DNA of 64,000 bases from Pristiophorus japonicus. Taxonomy: Eukaryota. The position numbers were made by a program, and so were the translations under genes. The stretch lies in assembly GCF_044704955.1 (NCBI RefSeq), contig NC_091990.1, positions 177,630,001 to 177,694,000 on the forward strand, read 5' to 3'. This document shows positions 33,635-47,000 of this stretch, one piece after another; the first letter of the stretch is position 1, and the number at the start of each line of letters is the position of its first letter. Below the pieces are notes generated by a model, which was given only the letters and a program-made list of their open reading frames with translations, ran no database searches and was not told the origin of the DNA.

Positions 33635-36600
33635 GGGTCAAAATTCAGTTGCTAACGCCTGCTGTAACACTGGTGTTAGGTGTTAAATAGGAGTTAGGCG
33701 GTTGGGAGTGGCGCTCGATGCTGTTCATGCCGGACGCAAAATTCGGTGGTAATTTTTTAAGGGCGTTAAAACGTAATGTACTGCCAGCTAATGCCATGGA
33801 AATCAGTACGTGTGCAACACCTCCTTGGTGCTCTTCACGCCACATTCAGTTTTGCTGCCTCACTTAATGGCTGGAGTCCATGACGCCTGAAAAAGTTGGA
33901 CTGCAAAAGACAAAGAAACTAATTGGGGCGTTATTTAAACAGAGTTGCAGCCAGGGCTCAGAGGTCTCGGTCAGTGCTGCATTTGATGCTCAGACAGTAG
34001 GGTGTTGGCATCGTACTACTGTTGACTCATCAGATTGACTACTAATATCTGGGACACATTGGCTTCCATATTGGATAAATTTGAAATCTCCATTTCGCTG
34101 TGACCTGTGCCAAGTGATGGGGGCAGTGATGGCACACCACGTCGTCCTGCGGCGCTGACTAGAAAGGCACTGGCTTCAGAGACAGCTTAGGCCCCAGACG
34201 GTGGGGCAGGAGGCCGTACACACACAGGGTTTGTCGCGCGCATACTCTTATCTTGAGATGTCCGATGAGCCGTGCTTACGAAGGCTGAGGTTCCGCTAGG
34301 AGGTGGTCACGGAACTTTGCAACCTATTGTGGACATACCTGGCAGCTAACATTGGCACTAGGACCTCACTGTCAGTGGCAGTGAAATCACAGTAGCATGA
34401 TCTTCTATGCTACCGGCACCTTCCAATCTCCTGTAGCCGATATATGCAACATCTCGTGGCTTGCAGTACATTGCTGCATTCGCCAGGTGACCAATACTCT
34501 CTACGTCAAACGATTGGACTACATCAAGTTCAGCATAGAAACATAGAAAATAGGTGCAGTAGTAGGTCATTCGGCCCTTCGAGCTGATCATTCACCTCAG
34601 TACCCCTTTCCTGCTTTCTCTCCATATCCCTTGATCCCTTTAGCCATATCTAACTCCCTCTTGAATATATTCAATGAACTGGCATCAACAACTCTCTGCG
34701 GTGGGGAAGTCCACAGATTAACAACTCTCTGAGTGAAGAAGTTTCTCCTCATCTCAGTCCTAAATGGCTTACCCCTTATCCTTAGACTGTGACCCCTGGT
34801 TCTGGACTTCCCAAACATCGGGAACATTCTTCCTGCATCTAACCTGTCCAGTGCCGTCAGAATTTTATAAGTTTCTATGAAATCCCCTCTCATCCTTCTA
34901 AACTCCAGTGAATAAAGGCCCAGTCAATCCAGTCTCTCCTTTTATGTCAGTAGCTATCCCTGGAATTAGTCTGGTGATCCTTCGCTGCACTCCCTCAATA
35001 GCAAGAACGTCCTTCCTCAGATTAGGAGACCAAAACTGAACACAATGTTCCAGATGAGGCCTCACCAAGGCCCTGTACAACTGCAGTAAGACCTCCCTGC
35101 TCCTGTACTCAAAACCCCTAGCTATGAAGGCCAACATACCATTTGCCTTCTTCACCATCTGCTGTACCTGCATGCCAACTTTCAATGACTGATGTACCAT
35201 GACACCCAGGTCTCGTTGCACCTCCCCTTTTCCTAATCTGCCGCCATTCAGATAATATTCTGCCTTTGTGTTTTTGCCCCCAAAGTGGATAACCTCACAT
35301 TTATCCACATTATACTGCATCTGCCATGCATTTGCCCACTCACCTAACCTGTCCAAGTCACCCTGCAGCCTCATAGCATCCTCCTCACAGCTCACACCGC
35401 CACCCAGTTTAGTGTCATCTGCAAAATTGGAGATATTACACTCAATTCCTTCATCCAAATCATTAATGTATATTGTAAATAGCTGGGGTCCCAACACTGA
35501 GCCCTGCGGCACCCCACTAGTCACTGCCTGCCATTCTGAAAAGGACCCGTTTATCCCAAATCGCTGCTTCCTCTCTGCCAACCAGTTCTCTATCCACGTC
35601 AGTACATTACCCCCGATACCATGTGCTTTAATTTTGCACACCAATCTCTTATGTGGGACCTTGTCAAAAGCATGTCAAGGGAAGGCCAGGATGAACACAC
35701 CCGTGGCTTTACCAGGAGAGCAGGCTTCCCCAGGTTCAAGGAACCATTGATTGTACGCATGTGGCATTGACAGCCCCGCCCCACTATGGAGAGCTCTTTC
35801 GGAATCGCAAGGGATTCCACCCCCTCAACGTACAGCTGGTCTGCGATCGCAAGCAGATAATCCTCACTGTCAATGCCCGATACCCTGACAGCTGCCGCGA
35901 TGCCTTCATGCTGCGGGAGACCACTGTGCCACAACTCATTAAATCACCGCATGAAGGCCGTGACTGGCTCCTGGGCGACAAAGGTTATGGTATGGCCCCC
36001 TGGCATGACACCCCTCCACAATCTCACCGACCCTGCCGAGCAGCGCTACAACAACAGCCATACCATGACCCGGGCCATTATCGAGCAAACTATCGGGGTT
36101 CTGAAGCAGCATTTCCGCTGCCTTGACCGGTCTGGAGGGACATTCCAGTACTCCATGATCACTGTTGCCTGCTGCATGCTGCACAACCTGGCCATTATGA
36201 GGGGCCAGCCATTACCACCAGGGATGGATGATCCACCTCAGGAGGAGGACGAGGATGAGGAGGAAGACGAGGAGCCTCACCGATGGAGGAGGCAGCCTGA
36301 CACTGCTGGGAGGGCTGCTTGTCAGAGACTCATCGCTCGTTGATCCCAATGAGTCTTGACATGCTGAATGGCCAGCCGATACACGTGGGCATCAACTCAA
36401 CACATCTCTACCCACCCTGTAGCCCTCCATCTTAAATAATGAGTGCCTCATCATGTGAACAATCCCAACTTGGATTATTGCAAACATAAATCATGTTTGC
36501 TGAAAACAAGCACAAGACAACAACTTCATCCCCAACACATCAACATACCCACAAAACCCCTTCAAACATTCTCATAGAGATCCAAGTGCACCTATTGACA

Positions 36601-39152
36601 TCAGGTAGCCATCTCGAGCGATATGAAGCAATTGTTGCATCGTTCATCCAAGTGCAACAATTTACATGAGCTCATTGCAACAACCTAGCCGTCTCTGTTG
36701 ACTATCAAGCAAGTGTCATACAAGCGCAACTAGTTTTAAAAGCGCATAACTTCACAAGGTTAGCATATGTGGCCATCTTCCCACAGGTCTTTACTTTGTC
36801 TTAAAGAGGACTTTACCACCCTTCCCTTCTCCCCCTCCCATGCCCACTGCTCCTCCTCAATGAGGTCTCAGGGCCTTCAGCAGGGCTGGTAGTTAGTTGG
36901 TTGCTGACTTGGATCCGCAGCCACACATGATGGCCTAGGAGGATGTCCACGACCAGCTCAGGCCCTGGAAGACCCGGCTGTGGACTGCATCACCTTAGCA
37001 CAGCTGGAAGCAATCTGTTGTGGATGGGGTGCGGAGAATGGCAACTGCGAAGGCGGAATGATGTCGTCTTGAGAAACGACATCGCGGTCCAACTGGCCCC
37101 ACAGGGCAGAGCATCATCATCTGCAGAAATCTGGCTGAGGTCAGATTCCTGCCCTGGTTTGGCAAGGTTACGTCCCTATTGAACTGATGGGGCCCACACC
37201 AGATGGCAGTGGTCAGTGCGTCCGTTGAATCTAGTTGTCTCTGCAGTACATCAGAGAGTTGACTCCGGACACCATGCACTGGTGCTCAATGGCCACTGCA
37301 ATGTCAGCCATAGCCAGTGCCACCAAGTCTGGGATGCCATGGTCACTGTTTGCATCCAGCAGCCATTGATATCCACCAAGGATGGGCTCAGTGGTCTGCG
37401 AGAGGCATGAGCAACAGTTGAGTCTGACTCCTCCACCCACACAGCTAGTGCATCAAGACTCTGTGGCACCCTTGCTAGTGCACCCAGCAGATCGCTGTGC
37501 AACTGCAGGGATTGTCTTGCGACAATCTCTAAGTCGGGCTTATCATCAAAGTGCTGCCAAGCATCACTCAGGCAGGCATTCACCCTTTGGGGAGCTGGCC
37601 CCCGAGCTTCCCCTTCCCCATGGTGTTGCTGGAGGCCACTGGGTCCCAGAAAATCACCCACCTCTGCCCCCCCCACCACCCCTTGATCAGCAGCACTGCT
37701 GGCTCCACTCTCATGAGGCCCTGCGTGAGGTCGAAGGAGGGTATTGTCTTCCTGCTCCTCCTCGTCCCCTTGTTCGCCGCCACCATGTGTACCCGTGGAA
37801 GGCGCCTGAGAAGGCCGCGGTGAATCTGGCTGGTCATCTGAAAGATCAAACACAGAACAGCGGTTACCTGCAGGGAAGGAGGCCAGGAGCCTGAATGCCA
37901 GTCTCATGGAAATAGCTGCATGTTGATGGTGTGAGGGCCAAGTATCCTGCAGGTCTCAGCAAAGGAACTCAACTTACGGTCACTGTCCCAAGGAGAATCA
38001 GCTGCACCCACCGCTATCGCATCAACTTGGACAGCCATCAGGGCAGCGATCCGTTCTTCCAATGGAGTGAACACTTGGAGGTCTGGCTCCCCTCCACCAG
38101 TCCGCATTTGCTCCCGTCAGTTGTGTGCAGGCTTTGCCTGCAACATTAAACAGAAAGTCGGAGTTAGAGGCCTGCTATCAATGTGTCCCAAGTGCCTTAC
38201 TTTAGAACATGCTCCTTACTCTATGAGAGTCTTCACAGCTCGATGTTTAGTACATTTTACTCTATGACAGTCTTCACAGTTCAACGAAATTCATTCGCGG
38301 CGTGGACTTGCTTGAATTCGGATGCCAGGACCTCACAGTAACGGGGAGATTACTGACTTCGAGACGTATATTAAGACTGAGGAGTCAACAACTTCAGGGG
38401 TGGGTCTGCAAAACCGAGTAGCAAGATTAACAGCACCTGTAGGCCCTTGTAGTGGAAATAGGAACCTTGACTGTGGCCTCACCCACATAGAGCATGGATT
38501 CAGAAACACTACATTGAGCAGAGAGTGCACATTGAGGTCAGAGCATAGCATGTTAAACTTTGAAATGAAAGATACTCACTCTCACTAGCTGTGTCAGGTC
38601 GTTCCAAATTTTATGACAATGCATAGCTGTCCTTGGCACTGTGTCACTCACAAACACTTGCTCTGCTATTTCCCTCCATAGCCTTTGGTATGTTTGGGGT
38701 TGGGGTCTTCTCCCAGCCTCTGTCCTCAGCACCTGCCGACGCCTCTCCAGGGCATCAAGGAGTGCATCCAGTGCGGCGTCCGTGAACCGGTGGGCATGCT
38801 GATGAGCTGCTGCTGTTAGGTTTGCCATGCTCACCACCTGAGTGAATGCGAATAGCGACAAGGCGTTGAGGCACCCAATCAACACCTCAATTCAATCCAG
38901 GTTGAGCCACTATGTCTGTGGCACAGCTCCAAATGCTGCCTAAGTCCTGGATGTTGAGCCCACATTTAATGGCCCACTTAGCGCAGTGCAGCGCATCCAG
39001 CTGAGTGTACAACACCATGATTTTATGCTGCTATCAATTCTTTAGGCGTCAACACTGAATTTCGTGTTTGGGGACCGCGCCTGAAACGAGGTGTTAAAAT
39101 TTCTCTCCTGCGTTGACAACGCCTCAAAAATGGTGGTACAGAATTTAGACCC
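33635..39152. mobile_element. PIF/Harbinger transposon in dioxygenase intron 1 (transposase on +, Myb/SANT on -), with a nested CR1
   Basis: TIRs GGGTCAAAATTC / GAATTTAGACCC. Transposase motifs FRNRKGFHPLNVQLVCD, WLLGDKGY, IEQTIGVLK..FRCLD and CCMLHN. Myb motif RFTDAALDALLDALE...LWREIAEQV...CHKIWNDL at 38553-38885. Confidence 0.9.
34533..35671 (-). mobile_element. CR1 LINE 3' fragment inserted in the Harbinger transposase
   Basis: ORF 34898-35644 has [10 protein letters not shown] and FADDTK and is close to the CR1 at 1-1825; CATAGAAACATAGAAA tail. Confidence 0.93.
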
Positions 39153-39526
39153 CTGCATTCCTCACTGGTACCCAATAACCAGTATAATAATAAATGTACA
39201 ATACATTCCAAAATCTTTCTGCTACTCTGTCTCCATGAGAATCCTGCTCTAAGCATCAGAAAGAAGGATTAACTGCACATGCCTGCATGCACTTACCTTT
39301 TCACTTCCCATGATACATTTCTCTTACTCCAGAGTGATATATCTAGTCTGTCAAAAAAAATTAGGGATAACAAGACAGAAAATGCACAGAACAGAAAGAA
39401 ACTGAAAGAACCAGTCGGTTTATCAAAGTGAAAATGCTAATGATTAAAACCTAGTGAGACTCCAATATTACTTTATCAAAGAGGCAAAATACATTTTATC
39501 GTCTTTTAAATGTATTTGCTCCTCAG

Positions 39527-39651
39527 GTAATTAAATTGATGGATGCCTGCGAGCAGTTCTTCATACTTCCAAGTGATATTAAACACCAATGTGTCCGTTC
39601 AATGGATTCTGAAGTTCCAAATCATGGGTGGGTAGCAGCAGAGACAGGAAG
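39527..39651 (+). CDS. Dioxygenase exon 2
   Basis: CAG acceptor; VIKLMDACEQFFILPSDIK...NHGWVAAETG; GT donor, phase 2. Confidence 0.85.
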
Positions 39652-39724
39652 GTAGAAAAACCTCAAGAACGTCCTTCAGCAAAACCTTTTCCTATAACAA
39701 TCCTGAGTACATGTCTGAAGATCA

Positions 39725-40300
39725 GATATAGAGACAGAGTACAAAAGCAAGGAAGTTATGCGAAAGCTTTATTCATCATTGGTAAGGCCTCAGCTGAAGT
39801 ATTGTGTCCAATTCTGGGCACCACACTTTAGTCAGGATGTCAAGGCCTTGGAGAATGGTACCAGGGATAAAGGATTCAGTGATGTGGAGAGACTGGCAAA
39901 GTTGTGATTGTTCTCTTTAAAGCAAAGAAAGTTAAGGGGAGATTTAATAGAAGTGTTCAACATTCTGAGGGGCTTTGATAGAGTAAATAGGGAGAAATTG
40001 TTTGCACTGGCAGGAAGATCAGTAGCCAGGGGCACAGACTTTTGGTAAATGGCAAAAGAACCAGAAAGGAGTGAGGAAAAAAAATAATGCATCAAGTTGT
40101 TATGATCTGGAATGCACTACATGGAAGCGTGGTGGAAGCAGATTCAATAGTAAGTTTCAAAAGAGAATTGAAAAACTATTTGAAGGGGAAAAGAATTGTT
40201 GGGCTATGGGAAAAAAGCAGTGGAGTGGAACTAATTGGATAGCTTGTACAAAGAGCTGGCGCAGGCACAATGGGCCGAAATGCATCCTTCTGATTCTATG
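39725..40300 (+). mobile_element. Old CR1 3' fragment
   Basis: RPQL.YCVQFWAP and LRGDLIEVF-like degenerate motifs. Confidence 0.75.
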
Positions 40301-40753
40301 GTGTCACGTCCCTGACGATTACTTCAGCAGCATGGTAGTGAAGTTTTGTAGAACAATATTTTATTAATAAACAAAAGTAGCTGAGGATCATGAATAATTA
40401 TTTAATCATGTATCTAAGAGTAGATAGACCAGTCTAGGACTGCTTATGTTGTCTTTCTAATAATTAGTAGTGACAATACCTGGATAGATACATATACTGG
40501 AATTTTCCCTGAATGTTGTTGCGGAAGTTAAAAAATAAGTTTTGCTCAAGAGATTCCCTGAGTGAGGTAGATTCCATGAAAAGGTAGATTGTATATGATC
40601 TGTGGAAGAAGCAGGCTTGTTAGGTCAAATGACTTTTTCTTGTTCCATTACTTATGCTCTAGTCAAGCTAATTAATCACATGCTAAGTTCTGAATAAAGA
40701 TTTAGCTTTATCTTTGTATAACATAAATAAAAATAAATGTTTTTTCTTCACAG

Positions 40754-40820
40754 CTTAAATCCTACAAGCCCTGGTGGCCTGAAGGAAGCATTTAATGTGT
40801 CAACGTTATCTTCACATATT
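40754..40820 (+). CDS. Dioxygenase exon 3
   Basis: Polypyrimidine tract + CAG; (S)LNPTSPGGLKEAFNVSTLSSHI; GTAAGG donor. Confidence 0.85.
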
Positions 40821-41282
40821 GTAAGGTCTAACAAGTTCCAATTATGGTTGTTCTTGAACTGCATGTCGTAAATTTGATCTGATAGAAAGTAGATTTGAGG
40901 GGGCATTTGACCAGTCACTCATTAGGCCAGCTCAAGACCCAGTCTCTGTCTCAGCAGCAGTTGGTAAAGAACCTATTGGTCCCCTTGTAGAAAAAGCTGA
41001 TCATGCAGGAAGTCTTCGGAAGTCAAGGCCAAGACTCCAAATGAGCCGATGATCGGAAACCTGGCTGTGGTTGAGAATATTCTTGGTTCTCTTTCACCCC
41101 CCACCCCACAGCCATAGTACCTCAGTTGGGGGAAGGAATTGGCCTCATTGCAGGGCTGCACCAAAAAGCTATTCCCTTGCCCCATGACTGTTCCCCTGGG
41201 GCCACACCCAATGATCACCCATTGCTTCCCATTCTTACCACCCCTTTATATTCGGCTCCTTTGTTGTCTTTCCTCTCTCTCA

Positions 41283-42530
41283 GCTAATGTCCCAGACTCC
41301 TCCATCACCATCCCTGTGGTATGTCCAGTCCCATCGGCAGGACAGACTCACCAGAGGTGGCAGCACACTGTTATACCATGGGAGGGAGTGGGCCCTGGGA
41401 GTCCTCAACATTGACTCAACATTGAAGTCTCATGGCTTCAGGTCAAGCATGGGCAAGGAAACCTCCTGCTGATTACCACCTACTGCCCTCCCGCAACTGA
41501 AGAATCAGTACTCCTCCATATTGAACACCACTTGGAAGAAGCATTGAGGGTAGCAAGGACACAAAATGTACTCTGGATGGGGGACTTCAATGTCCTTCAC
41601 CAAGAGTGGCTCGGTAGCCCACTACTGACCAAGGTGGCCGAGTACTGAAGGATATAGCTGCCAGACTGAGCCTGCGGCAGGTGGTGAGAGAACCAACATG
41701 AGGGAAAAACCTACTTGACCTCATCCTCACCAATCTACCTGTCGCAAATGCATCTGTCCATGACAGCATTGGTAGTAGTGTCAGCTATGGCTCAGTGGGT
41801 AGCACATGTGCCTGAGTAAGAAGGTTGTGGGTTCAAGTCCCAATCTAGGAACTTGAGCACATAAAATATCTAGGCTGACACTCCAGTGCAGTGCTGAGGG
41901 AGTGCTGCACTGTCAGAGGTGCTGTCTTTTGGATGAGACATTAAACCAAGACCCGTCTGCCCTCTCAGGTGGATGTAAAAGATCCCTTGGCACTATTTCG
42001 AAGAAGAGCAGGGGAGTTATCCCCAGTGTCCTGGCCAAACTTTATCCCTCAATTAACATAACAAAAACAGATTATCTGGTCATTATCACATTGCTGTTTG
42101 TAGGAATTTGCTGTGGGCATGTTGGCTGCTACATTACAACAATGACAACACTCCAAAAGTACTTCATTGGCTATAAGGCGCATTGAGACATCTGGTGGTC
42201 GTGAAAGACACTATATAAATGCAAGTCTTTCCTTTTTCTTTCGTTCAGTCATCACGGCCCAGTCCTTGTGGAGACAAAGTCCCTCTTCTCAGACACCCTC
42301 CATCATGTTGCGCGGCACTACCATCGTGCTAAATGGGATAGATTCAGAACAGATCTAGCAGCTCAAAATTGAGCATCCATGAGGTGCTGTGGGCCATCGG
42401 CAGCAGCAGAATTATATTCCATCACAATCTGTAACCTCATGGCCCGGCATATCCAATTACCATCAAGCCAGGGGACCCACCCTGGTTCAATGAGGAGTGC
42501 AGAAGAGCAGCCAGGAGCAGGCAGAAGGAT
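41283..42530 (+). mobile_element. LINE endonuclease-domain fragment (CR1/L2/Jockey group), interrupted by a SINE
   Basis: EVSWLQVK.GQGNLLLITTY.PP, WMGDFNV and LDLILTN endonuclease motifs. Confidence 0.7.
41780..42241 (+). mobile_element. tRNA-derived SINE (Deu-domain/SacSINE1-like)
   Basis: Pol III A box TGGCTCAGTGGG, B box GGTTCAAGTCCC, and tail ATATAAATGCAAGTCTTTCCTTTT. The family name is from recall. Confidence 0.78.
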
Positions 42531-42639
42531 ATATTTGTCTTGGAGGCGGTGCAACAAATGTTCGTTAGATTGATTCCTGGGATGAGAAGGTTGTTCTATG
42601 AGGAGAGTTGGAATAGATTTGTCCTATACTCTCTGGAGT

Positions 42640-43130
42640 TTAGAAGCCATTGGTGAAGGCCTGCGTATACTCATTTGATTGCTGCATTGAATGCTCCATG
42701 GTCATTCTATCCATGGAGGAAGACATCATTGCAATGACCTGCAACTGCTTCCCACTCATCCTTGAGATGGACACCTCCAATCTCTCTGTAATCATGGACA
42801 ATGTGCTTAGAACCTCTGCCAGTACATCATACATTCTCTGCTGTTGCTCAAGAAGTATCCTTTTTATTGATGGCCACCGGTACAGCATCTGCGTCTTGCT
42901 GAGCAGAGCTTGGAGAGGCCTGCAGCATCTGACGCGGACCCTCCACTGTTGTTCCTCACTCCACCATCTGTTCTTGCTTACATGTGAAGTGCTAGTCACT
43001 ATGTGAAAATCTAATTATCTCTCTAACTAGTCCCACCAAAGTGCAAATATCTGACCAGGTGCATGGTCTGCATAGGTCCTATGATCACCTCCTTCTGAAC
43101 GAGTGTAGGCCCTGTGGGAGATGAAAGACA
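42640..43130 (-). mobile_element. Harbinger Myb-gene C-terminal remnant
   Basis: Coiled-coil-like ORF 42640-42999 resembles the C-terminal exon of the Myb partner at 37251-37907. Confidence 0.45.
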
Positions 43131-43237
43131 TGAATGAGTACTGCCAAGTAAAGACAATATTGCTTTTTTGTTTGTTATTTCAGTAAAAAAATATGAATAA
43201 AATTGAGTCCTGCTGTTTTCACTTCTTTTTTTTATAG

Positions 43238-43394
43238 AAATGGCCTTCTGTCAACAATAATTCTGAGTTTAGGGACTGTCTGGAATCGTTCTTCAAAATC
43301 TGTGAGCAGCTGTCTGCCCGGATTATGAAAGTGATTGCAGTAGGCCTGGGTCTTGAGCGCGATTTCTTTACTAACAAGCACACAATGATGGGCA
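43238..43394 (+). CDS. Dioxygenase exon 4
   Basis: TAG acceptor; KWPSV...FRDCLESFFKICEQLSARIMKVIAVGLGLERDFFTNKHTMMG; GTAAGT donor. Confidence 0.88.
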
Positions 43395-44013
43395 GTAAGT
43401 AGCTGTTTAAAAAGCAGTGCCATCTGGCTCTGCTTTCTGTAGCTAAAGATCGTGTGTACATTAAAGAATGTGGACTAACTCTAGCCAAGCTCTTAATGTT
43501 CCAGTAGAAACACCAGCAAACTCATCCTGAGGGCAATACTTATCCCATCTACACTTGGGATATTTTGTTGGAGAGTGTGGGAATCTCCTGGACAAATGAA
43601 ATAAGGAAAATCAGTATAAATATTTAAAAGGAATATGAGTGCTGTCGTTTTCGCTTTAGCTTGTTCATTGTTTAAAAAAACTAGTCACATTCCATAACTC
43701 ATCCTTCTTTTCATTTGTCATCTCATCACCATCAGATTACAAAATAAAAATCACAGCTAGCAGCCATGACAGATCCCAAACTTCAACAAAACATTATTTC
43801 GTGACCGCAAAAAGGCTCCTGTACGACACACAACCCAGCCACAATTTTCCAAATAATCCTGAGCATACTGAAAGTGAATTTCTCAGAGCCCTGCGTCTGC
43901 AACTAGATTATAAAAAGCCAGATGTATAACATAGGCCTAAGTTTACACGACACTAAGATACGAGTGGTTTTAATGCTACTTGCCCAGCAGAGATCCGACA
44001 GTAGGTAGTCAAA

Positions 44014-47000
44014 TGTCATGTATGTAACACCACTGTATTACTGTACACACTTGACCTTGATGCACACCTTGACCACAAGGGGTGCACTTGTGGGAGACTG
44101 CCCCATACCTGGGCACCCAGGTATATAAAGGGAGGTCCCACGAAGGGTTGGGTTGTCTTAGTGCTGTAAAGAAAGAGTTAAGGTCTGTGTGTGACCTTGT
44201 CCCCAGGATGTGCCTCGTGTGATTTCATACTATAGAGTAAGGACTTTACAGTGGCGACGAGAAACAGGAATTCACAACCCACGAGAATGGCCACTGGTAG
44301 CACAGAAGAACGGTACTGTGTTGGGGAAGATTGGGACGATTTTGTTGAGAGGCTTCAGCAGAGTTTTGTTACGAAGGAATGGCTGGGGGATGCGGCGGCT
44401 GACAATCGCAGGGCTCACCTCTTGACCAGCTGTGGACCAAAGACTTACGCACTCATAAAAGACTTACTAGCACCCGAAAAGCCGGCGGACAAAACCTTTG
44501 AGGAGCACAGCAAGTTAATCGGGGAGCACCTCAAACCGGCAAGCAGCGTACACATGGCCCAACACAGATTCTACACCCACAGACGTCGTGAAGGACAGAG
44601 CATACCGGACTTTGTAGTGGACATTCAGTGTTTGGCCAGCCTCTGTAAGTTCACAGACGCCTGTAGGGGGGGAGATGCTAAGGGACTTCTTTATCGAGGG
44701 CATCGGTCATGCGGAAATTTTCCGTAAATTAATTGAGACCAAGGATTTGACCTTGGAAGCGGCGGCGTTGATGGCTCAAACTTTCATGGCGGGGGAGGAA
44801 GAGATGAAAACGATATACGCGCGCAATTCTGCCCCCAATACTGTGATGGATCAGGGAGTCAATATTATTAGTGCGACTCAGAGCCCCGCAAGCAGGCTGG
44901 GGCAGTCCAACACTCCCCAGGCAGCAATAGACCCCAGAGTAGTTTTCCACAGAGACAATGGCAGACTGAACGGACATTTACGCCATCACAGTGGATAATG
45001 CGGCCTGGGATGGGGCCATTGTCACCCAATAATAGGGTACTTAAGAGTAGTCAAAGGGACATTCAGAGCGGAATGCCTGGCCATAGTCCTTTCATTCCCA
45101 ACAATGGAAACTTTAACTCCTGCTGGAGGTGTTGGGGTAAACACTCAGCCAGATCTTGCAGATTCCAACTGTTTGTCTGCAGAAACTGCAATCTCAGTGG
45201 CCATTTAGCTCAAATGTGCAGGAAGACTAATATATGAGGCGAATGAACCAGAAGAGGGTTCTTTAAGGCAGGATGACTTTTGGGGCAAATCGATGGACGC
45301 CAAGGTTCAGCGGGTCCATGTGGCGAATATCATCAGAACACCACCAATGATGATGAGGGTTTTATTAAACGGCATCCCAGTATGCATGGAGCTGGACACG
45401 GGGGCCAGCAAGTCACTCATGGGCATTCAGCAATTTGAGAAACTATGGCCCATCAAAGCCAGTAGACCCAAACTAGAACACATTGAGACACAATTACGGA
45501 CGTACACTAAAGAGATTATTCCGGTGCTAGGCAGTGCAATGTTGGCTGTCACACACAATGGGTTAGTGAATCGGCTGCCGCTCTGGATTGTCCCGGGCAA
45601 TGGTCCCGCACTGTTGGAAAGGAGCTGGTTAGCCGAGATGAATTGGAAATGGGGGGATGTTCATGCAATGTCATCTGTGGAGCGAAGTTCGTGCTCATAA
45701 GTCCTACAACAATTTGATTCACTATTTCAACCTGGCGTCGGGACTTTCAAAGGCACTAAAGTAGTGATACACATCACCCCGGACGCCAGGCCGGTGCACC
45801 GCAAAGACAGAGCTGTGCCTTATGTGATGCGTGAAAAAATTGGCTGTTGAGAGAGGGCATCATCTTGCCTGTTGAATTCAGCGACTGGGCGAGTCCCATC
45901 GTTCCCGTCCTAAAAGCGGATGGCTCTGTCAGGATCTGTGGCGACTACAAGACCACCATCAATCGGGTGTCCCTACAAGATCAGTACCCGCTTCCGAGAG
46001 CGGAGGACCTTTTCGCCACGCTGGCAGGCGGCAAGCTGTTCACCAAGTTGGACCTCACTTCAGCCTATATGACACAGGAACTGGCCGACGAATCTAAACT
46101 ACTGACCACCATCACCACGCACAAGTCGCTGTACAAGGGACTGTTCGCTGAAACAGGTGTCCGTTTGGCATTCGGTCAGCGGCCGCGATTTTTCAAAGAA
46201 ACATGGAAATCCTGCTCAAATCCATACCTGGAACAATCGTATTCCAGGACGACATCCTCATCATGGGTCGAGACACCGAGGAACACCTCCACAACCTGGA
46301 GGAGGTGCTACGCCGACTGGACCGGATAGGCCTGCGACTCAAGAATTCTAAATGTGTGTTTTTAGCTCCTGAGGTTGAGTTTCTGGGCAGGAGGGTTGAT
46401 GCAGATGGGATTCGGCCCACCGAATCCAAAACAGAGGTGATTCGACGAGCACCCAGGCCACATCAGAGTTGCGTTCATTCCTGGGACTGTTGAACTATTT
46501 TGGGAACTTTCTTGAGCACGTTGCTGGAGCCGCTACACATGCTCCTGCGAAAGGGGTGTGATTGGTTTTGGGGGGACTGTCAGGAACGGGCTTTCGATCG
46601 GGCACGGAACGTACTTTGTTCTAACAAATTGTTGATCCTGTACGACCCCTGTAAAAAAATTGGTTCTGACATGTGATGCATCGTCCTATGGGGTTGGGTG
46701 CGTGTTGCAGCAGGGCAATGCTGAGGGTCAACTGCAACCTGTGGCTTATGCCTCCAGGTCGCTCTCTCAAGCTGAACGGGGATATAGCATGGTTGAGAAA
46801 GAAGCGCTTGCATGTGTCTATGGTGTGAAAAAAATGCATCAGTACATCTTTGGTCGGAAATTTGAATTAGAGACAGACCACAAGCCGTTAACGTCCCTGT
46901 TGTCAGACAGCAAGGCTGTCAACACCAATGCATCAGCTCGCATACAGCGATGGACCCTCACGCTGGCTGCTTATGACTACATAATTCGACACCGGCCCGG

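Noticed and set aside
34531-35673. AGCAT on both sides of the CR1, the same pentamer as the ERV TSD
   Set aside because: It overlaps CR1's own terminal sequence (microhomology), so the match to the ERV TSD is likely coincidence.
41780-41855. tRNA gene
   Set aside because: A and B boxes are present but it continues into a SINE body and tail, with no intact cloverleaf.
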